NCBI GenBank assembly: GCA_051294375.1
Contig: CM119270.1
Span: forward strand, 10,187,579 to 10,251,578
Origin: Paraspadella gotoi
Lineage: Eukaryota > Animalia > Chaetognatha
Direction of reading: 5' to 3'
Length of the DNA: 64,000 nt
Made by a program: the position numbers and the translations under genes. Below the pieces are notes generated by a model. The model worked only from the letters and a program-made list of their open reading frames with translations, ran no database searches and was not told the DNA's origin. Below, one piece after another: positions 35,562 to 48,712 of the stretch (position 1 is the first letter of the stretch; every line of letters begins with the position of its first letter).

Positions 35562-36274
35562 GTAGCGCTCCTGATGCTCAACGTCTACAGAAGCGACGAT
35601 AACTGAGGGCTTTTAACACAGGAAAACCCGAAAGAGGCTTGGGAGGAGAGGAGAAGGAGGAAGAGGAGGAAGATCAGGGAAACGGAGGAGGAGCGAGGCG
35701 AAAGGGAGGGAGAAAAGGAGGAGCGACGTCGGAGGAAGAGAAGAAAAATTCGTCGAACGAATCTCATCGTCGCGAAAAAGAGGAGGAGGAGGAGGAGGAC
35801 GTGAGAGACGACGACGAAGACGACGACGTCCAACGACGACAAGAGACGAGAGACAGGAAAAAAAAAAACTGATGTGGATAACGAAGACGACTCTCTCTCT
35901 CTCTCGCTCTTTTTCTTTCTTTTGCTCTCCGTATTTCCTCCTCCGTTGGATATATTTTTTCCCCGCTTCTCCCTCTTGTTTTCTTCTCCGCGTCTCGCTC
36001 TCTCTCCTCGCCCGGGTATATCGCGCGACAGAGCGCGAGACAGAGACGATCGAGGAGAGGGAGTTAAAAAAAAAAGAAGCAATCTCTCCTTTTTTTCTCC
36101 CTTGCGTTTTTCCCTGCGGCGCGGTTTATGCACGTTCGAGAGAGAAATATTCGCTCAGATCTCTCGCTCTCACTCTTTCTCCCTATGTCTCGCTTTCGCT
36201 CTTTCTCGTTCGCTCTATCTACTCTCTGCCAAAATCGTTGTTTATTTCGACGCATGAGGAGAAAGAGGCGAACG

Positions 36275-36341
<67 letters not shown>

Positions 36342-37404
36342 TATATTTCTCTGCCTCTTCCACGTCAAACTTCTCTTCAATCGTCCGTCAAATTCATAAA
36401 AATCTTACGACAAAGCAACGACGTTTCGCTAAAAAAAAATAGATAAATAAATAAAAGTAAAAATAATATCCCTACACGAAGACGACGATATTTACCTAAC
36501 GATTTAAATAAGTAAATAAAGATAGACAACTACTGAAATACTGTCAATAAATTAATATTTCGTTTAAAACGATGACTTAATAACCGACAAATTTAAAATA
36601 TAATTGATATAATTGACGATAAAATGATAGAAAAATATAAGGATCGTCGGTCAGTTTTTTACCGATACTTCGAACATGATTTTCAAGTTGTATTTATTTA
36701 ACAGCGTTTCACGATGTTTCAATCCGTGCATTTCTTTGATATTAATTTGTACATTTTTTATTCCCCGCCCATTTCCTTAATTTCCGCTTTAATATTCTCT
36801 CATGTCCAGTGAACGAAAAAATTGAACGAATCATCACGAACGACGAATTTTCGGAGTAAAATAAATTGATCGCCCACGCAGCGCCCTCGCTCGCTCAGCG
36901 CCTCTCACGTCATCGCCGCCTCAATTTCTCTTTTAGCGGAATATTAAATTGATGCGCGACGCTCCTTGTAATAAATATACGAATGCCGTGTAGCTAAAAA
37001 AAGCTAATAAAATTACGTGTTGTCTCGACTTTTGGAATACTCGAAAACGAACGAGAGCGCGACTAGCGGCCGCACGGACGGGGTCAACTCGGGACAGCTG
37101 TACGGACGGGTCATCGTCTCGGAACATCTGTACAAACGAGAAGCAACCATGGGAGCGAGGTCGCCCGCGCAGAATTCGTCAGGACCGTCGCGTTCGTTTG
37201 GCGGCGAAACGATTTGAAATAATTTCAATAAATTTTTTTTTTTTCGAAATCTGTAAAAGGAAAAAAGAAAGAGCGCTACAGACGCCAGTTATAAATAAGA
37301 ATCGACGACGTCGTCATTATAGTCGTCATCGTCTTCATCTTCGCAGCCGTTTTTTCTGTTCTTCTCAACCAAACTAAATCAACCTCTAACACCCAACCGG
37401 CTCA

Positions 37405-37425
37405 ATGTCCATGATGGCCCAGAGG
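37405..37425 (+). CDS. hth: homothorax/Meis coding exon 1 (MSMMAQR)
   Basis: ATGGCCCAGAGG|GTAAG; joining to exon 2 gives the conserved Meis N-terminus MAQR-YDE. Confidence 0.88.
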
Positions 37426-39016
37426 GTAAGGATGCACTAGTCATATTTTTAATTACATATTATATATTGGTTGAACCAATTTCATAAGCCTAAAAATTAA
37501 AACCAAATTATCATCGTGGTGCTTGCTCCGTCATTCCCTTAAACCTCCTCCCATGCTCTGAAAGGACGGGCCAGCGGGTTGGTTTCACTCGTAAAATTGG
37601 AACTTAAAACTTTATCGATTTATCTCGAGTCAAATTTAAAATCTGATTCAGAATCTCAAGTGAAAGAGAAAAGGCGCGCGATTGGTCAATCAAAAGAGCG
37701 AGGATGATTGCTCAATGTCAAACTGGTTATCGGACAACCTCTAATTAACTTTTTTCTCCTTTTTTACGCGCGTTCGAAACTATAAAACTTTCGGATAGTC
37801 TACACGGCTAAGGGCAAACAGTTTTAACTCTCTCTCTCTCTCTCTCTCATTCTCTCTCTCTTTCCCGTTCAGTTCGGAGCATGCTTCCGATTAGAAGTTC
37901 AGAGAGAGAGAGAAAGAGGAGAGAGAGAGAGAGCAGACTGACTGGTTTTGTCTGAACTTGCTGGCCGAAAGAGAGAGAGAGTCTCCGACTCCGTAGATGC
38001 TAAGTAGTAGAAACCAATTAATCTGGATCATGCAACCGAATATTGCCAGTTTTATTTATTTTTTACTAAAAAGAAGTTTGTTTCAGAAATCTCTGAGTCT
38101 CTCACTCTTCAGCAAATTTGGTTTGTCTCGATCTGAATTCTTGTCGCTATATCCTTGTATTTGTCCAAAGTCCCATCGGTTAAATTTGTTTTTTTAAACT
38201 TTTGCATCTAATGTTTGTGTTTTCAAAATTCTGTTTAAGTCTTATAATGCCTTTCTTATGTCACTATCGATTAAACGATGAAGGAGGTAAGGATTCAGGA
38301 TTCAGTCTGGTTTTTCCGGTAGTTGGTTTAACACATCGTTAATGATAAACCTCATCAGATATTTTATTCCTTCTGTCGAGTGACAATAATAATCAAAATG
38401 TTCCGCAAACACCATAGTCATCTTTCGTCACCCGCTCTGTCGGTGAGACCTTCAAAAAAATTCACATCACTATTCCTTCGTTTCACAATTCCCGTTTCAC
38501 AATTCGTCGTCGTTGATTTTGACCTAGAAAAAAAAGAATGGACTTATGATACGAAAAAAGCGCCTCTAAAAAAAAAAAATCTCCCCTGAGGAAAAAGTTG
38601 GATGGTTTTGGTTTACGTCGGCTGAAAACTGGCGGTGAGGGTACAAACAACGCCTTTGATGGGTCAACCATCGCACCTCCTCGTGATTCCGTTCTCAATC
38701 AACCTCAATCCGACCTCGTCGACCAGATTTGCTCCACAATTCGTGGTTCTCATGACCTCTCATTTATTTAGATCTGTGTCCCACCCTCGCCATTGTCTGT
38801 CCCTTTCGCGTGCCTTTGTCGTCTTCCAAGAAATGATAAGCCTAATATGTTTCGGTCGAAATTGGGTTTCTCAAAAGGTTCACAATGAACCATTGAGCCG
38901 TCATAGTGGAATTTATTGCTTTTTTCGATTGGTGCTTTTCGCATCTCCCCTTTTAGGAAATAATTTTGATTTCCCTTTGCTTGTGTCCTTTGGGACAAAA
39001 ATCATCGAGAGCATAT

Positions 39017-39149
<133 letters not shown>

Positions 39150-39631
39150 TTCCCGCGGTATATTTTTTTTAAACATAAGTTTATTCCACCGAAAGATGAT
39201 ATACGAGAGTGACGTCACCAACGGCGCTACTGATCACGTGATAAAAGAGAGGGAAAGAAAGAAAGGAGAGAGAGAGAGAGAGAGAGAGTTTTAAGAAATT
39301 ATCCAGCCCGCCGCCGCCGGCGCGAGGACGAAAACTCAAGTTATGAAGACAAATGGCGGCCTTGTTTTGACAGTCATTTCTTTAAGCGAGAGAGGGAGAT
39401 AGAGAGAGAGGGACAGAAAGATTAAGAGAGAGTGAGTGATCTAATTGTTGCAACATATCGGATTTCACCAGTGGTGACATATTCGAGAGAAATAAAAGGC
39501 GATGGCTTATCTTTTTATTGTCTTTTTCTGGCTCTCTCTCTCTCTCTCTTTTCATTTTTTTTGTCGCCCTCTTTAGTAGAAGAAAAAAAAATTTAGCGCA
39601 TCCCTTTTTTGATAAAAAAATATAAACAAAA

Positions 39632-39670
<39 letters not shown>

Positions 39671-39964
39671 TCCTCTCTCTCTCCTCTCTCTCTCGCACAA
39701 GGAGACAAAGGGGACTTCGACAGTCGATTAGGCGATTTTGACAGAGTCGAGGGTTTTTTCGACGTCGTTGTCGTCGTCGTCGTCGTCATCGCTGTAATCG
39801 TCGTCGTTGCACCAGCAAAAGAAGATGAGCTTTGTCCCTTTGCTGATCTGTCACTTCCGCACGCTCGTCTTCGGCCATATCGAGGCTCCCAAGACGGATC
39901 GTGTTACCAGCTTATAGTTATTTTTTGATGCAGTTGCTTCGTTGGCTGACTTATTGGTAAGTAG

Positions 39965-40168
39965 ATGTAGCAGAATAATTTGTGGTTCATTTCAAATGAG
40001 ATTGTTCTTCAATCTCATTTACATATTGTAGCAGTTTAGACCATTTCTCATATCTTTTGATAGAGTTTTCATAGTAGTCTTATTTTACGGTTTTAGCAAT
40101 ACTTTTAATAGCTTTTAATAATGATTTAGTTTTCCAATTGAAATGAACCAAAAATTCTTTTGCTACAT
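39965..40168. mobile_element. Small MITE-like inverted repeat in hth intron 1
   Basis: ATGTAGCA..TGGTTCATTTCAA versus TTGAAATGAACCA..TGCTACAT; no clear TSD. Confidence 0.45.
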
Positions 40169-40541
40169 AGACTGCTTGGCTACTTTGCGTAATGTGGCAC
40201 ATGCGAGCGCGTTCAATCAAGCAACGTGAGATTAAACGTATGGCGCGGGGAATCAAAGTAACGATCGTTGTCGATTTGAGTAACGAGGAATCAGTATATG
40301 TGTTATTAGCAAAAATAAGACGTACTCTTTTTTTCGACCCCGGTGTAATTGATCGCTGACATCGTCGTTGCGTAGCCCTTTCGAGTAACTAAGTAATTGG
40401 CAATGTCGATTAACGAATAGAGCAAACACCACGTACGCATAAAACTATTGGCAAATATAATAATAATAAATGAATATTGAATAGTTGATTAATAAGAAAT
40501 ATATCTCAGTATATCTCGATAATGATATTTTATCTTTTCAG

Positions 40542-40834
40542 TACGACGAGGGCCTCTACGGACCGGCGGCCATGGATCCGACGGCCGTGGCGGCGGCGGC
40601 CATGTACGGCCCATCGGCGTCGTCGGCAGCGGCCGCACACGCCCACCTCGCCCATGCCTACGCCCAACAGTCGCAGCAGTCCATCTACGGCGCCGCCGCC
40701 GCCGCCTCCCACCCGCCGTCCAGCCACCACACCAGCGCGGCCGCCTACTCGGCAGCGGCAGCGGCTGCAGCCTCCGCGGCCGGCATGCATTCCGGACAGG
40801 ACGGGCTCAAAAGGGACAAGGATCAGATTTATGG
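40542..40834 (+). CDS. hth: homothorax/Meis coding exon 2 (YDEGLYG...poly-Ala...LKRDKDQIYG)
   Basis: TTTTCAG acceptor, GG|GTGAG donor; LKRDKDxIYG marks the start of the HM/MEIS domain. Confidence 0.95.
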
Positions 40835-41074
40835 GTGAGGAAATTATGGGGGAAGGGGGACGTGAATGATTGGAGGTCTTTATGCCCTAGATGAGGCTTT
40901 TTTCATAATACATGGTCTAATAAGTAATCGACCATTTTAAAATGGAAGGTCGAATACAGCATTTTAACCCACGGAAGATATGATGGGCCATCATTGATGG
41001 CGTTTGTATTCCTTTCAAATATACATCTTTGTATAACATTCGTCAAAATCACTTCCTTCATCTTTTCTCCACAG

Positions 41075-41216
41075 TCACCCTCTGTTTCCCCTCCTGGCGC
41101 TTATCTTTGAAAAGTGCGAGTTAGCAACCTGCACGCCACGAGAACCCGGGGTGGCGGGCGGCGACGTCTGCTCCTCGGAGTCCTTCAACGAAGACATCGC
41201 CGTCTTCTCCAAACAG
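41075..41216 (+). CDS. hth: homothorax/Meis coding exon 3 ([47 protein letters not shown])
   Basis: Canonical MEIS-A sequence; CCACAG acceptor, CAG|GTGC donor; phase matches exon 2. Confidence 0.98.
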
Positions 41217-42333
41217 GTGCGTTCGAGGTTCGGCGCTCTCAAGGGCGTGGCTGTCGGAAAGTCGTTCGCTGTAACAGCTGACGCGGAATATTTTTGTTCG
41301 CTTTATTATTATATTATTATATTATTATAATATGAATTTGGTACAACCAATATAAAAATTATCCATTCATTTAATAAATAAGCTATCTTGCCGCTGCCTA
41401 CGTTTGTTTTATATTCTTTCACCAAAATATAATCATCACCCCAACGAGCCTAAAAATTTCCAAACTGAAATCTCTCCTCCCCAATTGACGGGGATTCTTC
41501 CGCGCATACAGCGTCCCTTTTGCCGACTTTTCTTTTTCTTCTACTTTTTTTTCCAGCAATGTTTCTTTCTTTTTCTTCTACTTTTTTTTCCACCAATGTT
41601 TCTTTTTTTTTCTTTGAGTTTCCTCCTGCGAGTTTTCACCGAATCGTTTCCTTTTTTTTATATTGGCGAACTTTTCCTCTCTTTTCCTCTCGGTTTCTTT
41701 CTTTACTCTCTTTTCTCTTCTCTTTCTTCTCTTGTCAAATTGGAACCGCCTCGTATGATGGATGGTTCACCTGTTTCCAAACAAAATGAATTTAAAGAGA
41801 GAGAGAGAAAGAAAGAGAGAGAGAGAAAGAGAGAGGGAGAGAGCGAGCCTATTGATCGAATAAAAAGTGGATGGCAGCATTTCTTCCATTTTCTTTCAAA
41901 TCGATTTTCATCGTTTTTACTCGAAGAGAAAGCAATAGAGAGAAAGCGAGACTCAGTCAGTTTATTTTCTATTGTACGCCAGGAAATCTTAAAAATGACA
42001 AAGTCTCTGTGACCATTAATCAGTTATTGCAAAGTGCTTATGAGCTGTCGTCACTCGATATCTTTTTCTCTCTGTCTCTGTCGCTTCGTCACGAGGAAAA
42101 GGATTCCATTCCATTCGACTTTTTTTTCCGTCAGGATTCCATCCAAGTTTCCTTTTTTCTGATAATTTTTTTTATTATTTTCATCCCTTTATTTTTTCCC
42201 TTGTTTCTCTCTCTCTCTCCCTTTCTCTCTCTCTTTCTCCTTCCCCTGAATCACGTCGTCTCAGTTGTTTACGTCACTGGGATGATTTATGAGTTCCTTA
42301 ACCCACGATCGCGACAATCGCCTGTCACAGAAA

Positions 42334-42437
<104 letters not shown>

Positions 42438-43731
42438 TTAACCCCTCTCGAATTTTAGAAACACTTTGAAGACGAGTTTGACAAATCACGACCTCACACG
42501 ATCTTCTTTCTCCTTTCGCTGCCTTTTTTCTCACCCTCCGCCCAACTCGAATAACTGCGGTTGCACGACGAGTTATAATTCTTTTTCTTACCATCGCTTT
42601 CTTCTCGAGGGTTGTTTTTGTTTTTGTTTTTTTTTCATGAGAAATTAAAAATTCTTTCTCTGACATTCAAGTTTCTTCCCTTCGAAATACAGTTGCCTCC
42701 AGTTTTCAGAGGTTGACAGTTTAACTTTAATATTCAAAATCTTTTCATAGAATTTAGTTTGTCAAATCTGATTGGTAAATCTGGTTCATGACAAATGTGT
42801 ACATGACTCCATCGATCTTTTCGTCGATTGGCCGTTCTCGTCAACCCGGACAATCTTTCTTCATCTATCCGTTTCGCTGTCCTCATCAAGGCCCGCCAGC
42901 TCCGACGTCTAAATAAAGATATATACTCAAACTCCCCCCCCTCTTTTAAATTAATTAATAAAGACGTTTTAATCGCGATCGCTCAATGAAAAAAACTTTG
43001 CCCCCGGACTGCGATTTCGGATATCAAAAAGCCGCCGCGAATGAGAAAACCTCTTTTTTTATTTGTTGACATTGACGACTCATAACATTTAACATAAGCG
43101 AAACCGAAAAAAAATAGTTTTTTTGTCCCCGTGACGTTCACGAGTCGTTTGGGTTGAAATGTTGTGACGCGACGTGACGATAGTTATCGCGATAATTATT
43201 ATCACACCGGGTCCGGCGGAATTGAGAAGAGGAAATAATGATATAATTAATTCCTCAACGAGATGTTTATATACGTTTTTTTAACGACGACGAGGAAGAC
43301 GATGGTGACGACGATGAAGCCGTCAAAAGTAATGACTGCTTATTATTCTAGAAACACAACTATTTTCATGGGTTTTTAGTAACTTACTCATTGTCTTCAC
43401 CACCAATGAGATGGTTCCGTATCTCTTTCTCCGTCTCACCATTATTTACTTACCCACCTTACCTCGAGGCGCCATTGTTCTTCTCCTCTTCAAAAAGGCC
43501 GAAGGGACAAAAAAGGAAGATCCATTCCCCATTGATTCTTTTCTTATCTTCCCCACCCCCGCTGTCAAAAAGGACCCCGTTTGTGATCATTTCTTTCTAA
43601 GGTCATCGGGGTCAACTTCTGTCAAAAGTCAGAGGCCATTCTGTCATTGAGAGTTCGATGCCGATGGAATTCGTCGGCTTTTTTATCCGCATCGTCCTCG
43701 GATTCTTTAATTACTGAGAGACGATGCGCCG

Positions 43732-43845
<114 letters not shown>

Positions 43846-44362
43846 GCTACCCTTCTGATCGGTCGGTAACCGTCCGTGGTGTGCCGCCTTAATCCCCTTG
43901 CCTTTGACTTCGGTAGACCGCCTTTTGTTTTGTTTTTTCTTTGTTTGTTTGTTTTTATTTAAACTGATTAAGCATATGGCAGAGTGTTTGTGCGGATTGC
44001 GTTTACAGCTTATATCGTTATATTGTGTTTTTCGGTATGAAAACTCGTTCAATTGACTTCATACATATCATGTGTTCTTCGAAATTCGAAAGTTTAAAAG
44101 CAAACCTAATGTTTACGTAACTACAAACCCTTATCGATAGACTTAAAAACAATTTTTTTCAAAATAAAAAGTAATAAAATCCTAATTGAACAGCGAACCT
44201 CATTCCCATTATCCCAATGAGTTTTTTCTGTGCAATTTTATTAAGTTTCGGTCAATTAAAGCAATCCTTAGAGGCGATTTAGAACATTTAAGGCGATCCT
44301 CGAATAGGATCGTCCACGGGGTCCGAACGGGAATTTGACTTAAACCAGTGATCGGTCGCAGA

Positions 44363-45393
44363 TTTTTAGTCGGATCTGCTTATCAGCAGATCCCGACTCT
44401 ATAATTCACTTTGTTGGTCCGTCGGTCCGCCCCCTCAATATTGTCGGGCAATCACTTATATCATGTCAGAACATCGAATTATTATAAATTATGCAAAAAA
44501 AATGATGTCCGTCCGTCCGTCCATCTGTCCGTCCGTCCGTCCGTCCGTCCCACCTTGAGTTTAAATGGAAAAAACAAAAAAATATAATTCACTATTTGAA
44601 CACCAATTGTTCATGAGTGGATGGGCCGATTGACCTGGAATTTTGTATGTGGGTAGGAAAGTGTGTGATTGAACAGGAAATCAAGTTTCGATGGAATAGT
44701 TTGAGTGGAAATGAGTTTAAATGGAAAAAAACAAAAATCCTGTTTCACTAATTGATTATGCTTCTTTTTCCTTTTATATTAAATGTATATGCAGGAAGTA
44801 TTAATAAATCAAATAATTAATCAGTTAATTAATCAATTAGTAAATAAATTAATCAATAATTAATTAATTAGTCAATCAATCCGTCCCACCTTAGCAAAAA
44901 GCTCCAATAACTCGTGATTGGCTGGTTGGATTGGAATTAAATTTTGTGTGTGGGTAGGAAAGTGTGTGATAAAGCTGGATATAAAGTTTCGATGGAATCG
45001 TGTGAGTCGAACATAAGTCGCATTTACTAAAATCTTTTTACTTATTTTAACCAATAAATACTCTAATTAATCATATTGGATGGATAGATTGAGTTGAAAT
45101 TTTGTGTGTGGGTAGGAAAATGTGTGACGAAGCTTAATATAAAGTTTCGGTGGAAACGTACCAGTGGAAATGAGTTTAAATGAAAAAAATATGAGTCACA
45201 TTTACTTGAATCTTTTTATTTATTTTAACCCATGATAGATTGAGATGAAATTTTGTGAGCTGGTAGGAAAGTGAGTGAAGAAGCTAGATATAAAGTTTGG
45301 ACGGAATGCAAGTTGAAAAAATTATGCAAGTTGAAAAAATGATGCAAGTTAAAAAAATCTTAAAAGCATAAGGATCGTCGCAATTGCATAAAA

Positions 45394-45430
<37 letters not shown>

Positions 45431-45697
45431 AAGAGAGAGATTAAGAGAGAGAGAGAGAGAAAGAGAGAGTGAGAGAAGGAGACATAAAATAAAATAGAGG
45501 ATATTTGTTTGTTTTGATAAAATGTAAACAAAACATTTAATAATTGTCCTGACTCAATTTTAAGGACATCGATGATGACAAGCTGAATATGAATTATAAT
45601 TAATTATTAAAATTAATTAATTAATTAATCGATTAATTAATTAATTAATTAATTAATTATCGTAGGCAGATCCGACATTGTTTGCTGAAACTTGTTT
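44363..45697 (+). mobile_element. Helentron/DINE-like element(s) in hth intron 3
   Basis: 5' hairpin AGTCGGATCTGCT-TATC-AGCAGATCCCGACT, (GTCC)n microsatellite and 3' end GGCAGATCCGACATTGTTTGCTGAAACTTGTTT. Confidence 0.65.
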
Positions 45698-45837
45698 CCT
45701 TCAGATCTTCTGTCGCGAATTAGGTTTTCGTCGACGTCGTCGTCGTCGTAGTCGTCGTCGCAATAGTCGTTGCGAGCGAAGTCATCGTCGCTACCGAGCT
45801 ACCGTTACCTGAATCGATTGTGGGCCAATGTTGACCG

Positions 45838-45876
<39 letters not shown>

Positions 45877-46518
45877 TAGACATGAACTGTCCCGCGATCG
45901 AAAGAGAGCGAAAAGGTCAAACCTGTTTGGCCGATCCTCTTCCGCCCTTCGGCTCGGGGTCAGAGTCGCGCGGGAGGAGAGTCGGTCACGCATCGACGGA
46001 TGCAGGGTAAGGGTTGGGAAGAGGAGGGAGGAGGAGGAGGAGGAGAAAAGTGAAAGAGGAGATTGTAAAAAAAGGAAGGAAAACGTGTGAATTATAAGTT
46101 AAAAGGAGTGAATGAATATTTAGGCCTTCAAATATGTGAACTTGTTTCAGATCCTTACGATTTACCAATCAGTAGTACTTCCTAAAAAAAGTAAAAAAAC
46201 TATTTAAAAAATACAATAAAACTATTTTAAATTTTGAAATTCAATCGTATGGAACGTTGAAAAAAAATACTGATAAGGGGGTAAAAAATTTTATTATTGG
46301 GAACCGAAATCGGGCGGAGAAAAAATTTTCGATACAAAAAAAAAAAAAAAAAAATAGAGAAAAAAATGGTAAATTGCGTCGGGCCGACGCTGGCCTTCGA
46401 TTCGAAATTCGAAGGGAAAGGAACGAACAGCTGGTGTAAAAGTCGCACAGATGCTTGTTACGCGTATTCCAGAGTAGTGAACTCTCTCATTCTCTCTCTC
46501 TCGTCTCTCTCTCTCTCT

Positions 46519-46566
<48 letters not shown>

Positions 46567-46750
46567 GAGCAAAAAAAAAAAAAGAAAAAGAAAAAAGAAA
46601 TTCGATAAGGAATGGAAAATCGAACGCAATCGAAAGCGAAAAAAGATTTGAGTTTTTATTGAGGCTTTTAAGAGTAAGGGCTTTCTGTTGCTTTTCTAGT
46701 AAATAAACAAAGTCAATTTTCAACCCCACCCTCTCGAGAGCCGCGAGGGT

Positions 46751-46793
<43 letters not shown>

Positions 46794-47529
46794 GAATGTT
46801 TCTTCTCCTATTTCCCCCCCACTTTTTCTGGGGCTAATCTTTTATTCAGTTTTTGCGGCCCTGAGAGAATTTCCCGATGGCTTCCCAAAAGATTTCACTC
46901 CGATCCCCTCTTTCACAAACTTCACTAAATTCACTAACTCTTTAACCGCTTCAATCCCCCTCCCTCCCTTCTCTTCCTCCACCCATCGCCGTGAATAAAC
47001 AATAAACCGAATTGTTTCTTTGATTTTCCCTCCTCCGATGGAAAAACTGTGTAGAATAATATTTTTAGGAGAAATTTTTTTTTTTATTTCTTTTCCGATT
47101 CTAATCTGAAAGTTGATCCGTCTTTGCGCCCCGGGCCTCCACCCTAGAAACAATCCCTGTCAAAATAGTGGAAGGGGCCTTTTTTCAGGGGGGGAAGATA
47201 AAAGGAGGGGGGAGGGGGAAAGCAAGAGAAAAGTCACTTTTAGAGAGAGAGAGAGAGAGAGAGAGAGAAAATATAAAAAAATCAAAAAAATTCCTGTTTT
47301 TTTTTGTTACTCGACAAAAATAGGTCTTAACGAAAGAAAACTGGCTTTTTTTGGGTTTGTTTTTGAAAATAAAAAGAGGTTTCTGATAGAATGCGGGACA
47401 AGCGTTGGTCGTTTCTCTCTTTTTTTTCTTTTTTTTATATATCTGCCCCTCTTTTTTTTATCCCGTTAAGTATTTTGTTTTTTCCCCCTTGTTTTTCGTT
47501 CTTTGATTTTGACTCTTTTATACTACATA

Positions 47530-48041
47530 CAGGGTCTTCTATCAGGACTTCTATACGAAAAAACTTGTAATATAATCAAAACGAAGAGCATTCTGGTTAA
47601 AAAAATTTTTTATACTAATAGAAAAATATTTTTTTCCCTACTAATTTGTAACATTCTAGCTAAAAGAGTTGCTATGTTATAAATATTTTTCTCAGGGGGT
47701 AAATTTCTGAAGAAGCATTTTTTTCTTTGAAATTTTTAGTCTGAAAGTGGATCTTACTATCAATCCTTCAGTTCCTATTAAAACAAATTTTTTTTAGGCT
47801 TCATTTTTATGATTAATAAGATACTGTAGTAAATATATCACGAGCCAGAATAATTTTTTTTCTTTTTTATAATATGAATATTACTTAATAATAATAATTA
47901 CATTTTCCCTTTAAAATAAAAATTTCAGCTTGAGGGGAAAAAAATTACAAATGTAGTAAATAAGTTAGGTTTTACTAATAAATGTAAAAGAATTACGAGT
48001 TTAATCAAATCTTTTCGTATCAGTTTAGATTGAAGACCCTG
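47530..48041. mobile_element. Tc1/mariner-type MITE in hth intron 3
   Basis: TIRs CAGGGTCTTC.ATC...ATACGAAAA / TTTTCGTAT...GAT.GAAGACCCTG with TA on both sides. Confidence 0.75.
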
Positions 48042-48269
48042 TATATATCTCTTGTTATATTTTTAATTATTTTTTACTCCTTTAATTTTCATTTTCCCTT
48101 TTACTGTTTTCTTTTTTTTTCGTTTCTTTCCTTTTCCGCTCTTGATATCTCGTCTGCTATTCTACGGGGGGTTGAGGCTATTTTTTCCTCTTCCTCCTTC
48201 CATTCCAAAATCGGACTCTCAATTTCCTATCCTTTAATGAACTCGGCCCACTGTGCCGATCTGGGTTTT

Positions 48270-48331
<62 letters not shown>

Positions 48332-48488
48332 TGTGAAAATATCTTAGCCTCAACGTATTACTATTATGTATGTATTATCTGTCATATTTCTTTATATCGA
48401 TATTTGACTAGTTTTATCACTTCTGTCATAATTAGGTCAAATGTAAACCATCTGTTTACTCACTTTTTATCTCCCCTTTTCTTTACAG

Positions 48489-48539
48489 ATAAGATCCGAA
48501 AAACCTTACTTCACGGCGAATCAAGAACTCGATAGTTTG
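48489..48539 (+). CDS. hth: homothorax/Meis coding exon 4 (IRSEKPYFTANQELDSL)
   Basis: 51-bp exon, TTTACAG acceptor, GTAAGT donor, Meis-like sequence. Confidence 0.95.
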
Positions 48540-48661
48540 GTAAGTAAATCGATCATTACTCTATATTCTATGCTTTATTTTTTAAGTGTTCTGTACTCTA
48601 TCTAGTCAAAAACAAAGAAAATTAATTTTCTAAAACGTTTTCGATTCCCACCCCATTCCAG

Positions 48662-48712
48662 ATGATTCAAGCGATTCAAGTCCTCAGATTTCATCTTTTG
48701 GAGTTAGAAAAG
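48662..48712 (+). CDS. hth: homothorax/Meis coding exon 5 (MIQAIQVLRFHLLELEK)
   Basis: Highly conserved MEIS-B motif; TTCCAG acceptor, GTAAG donor. Confidence 0.98.
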
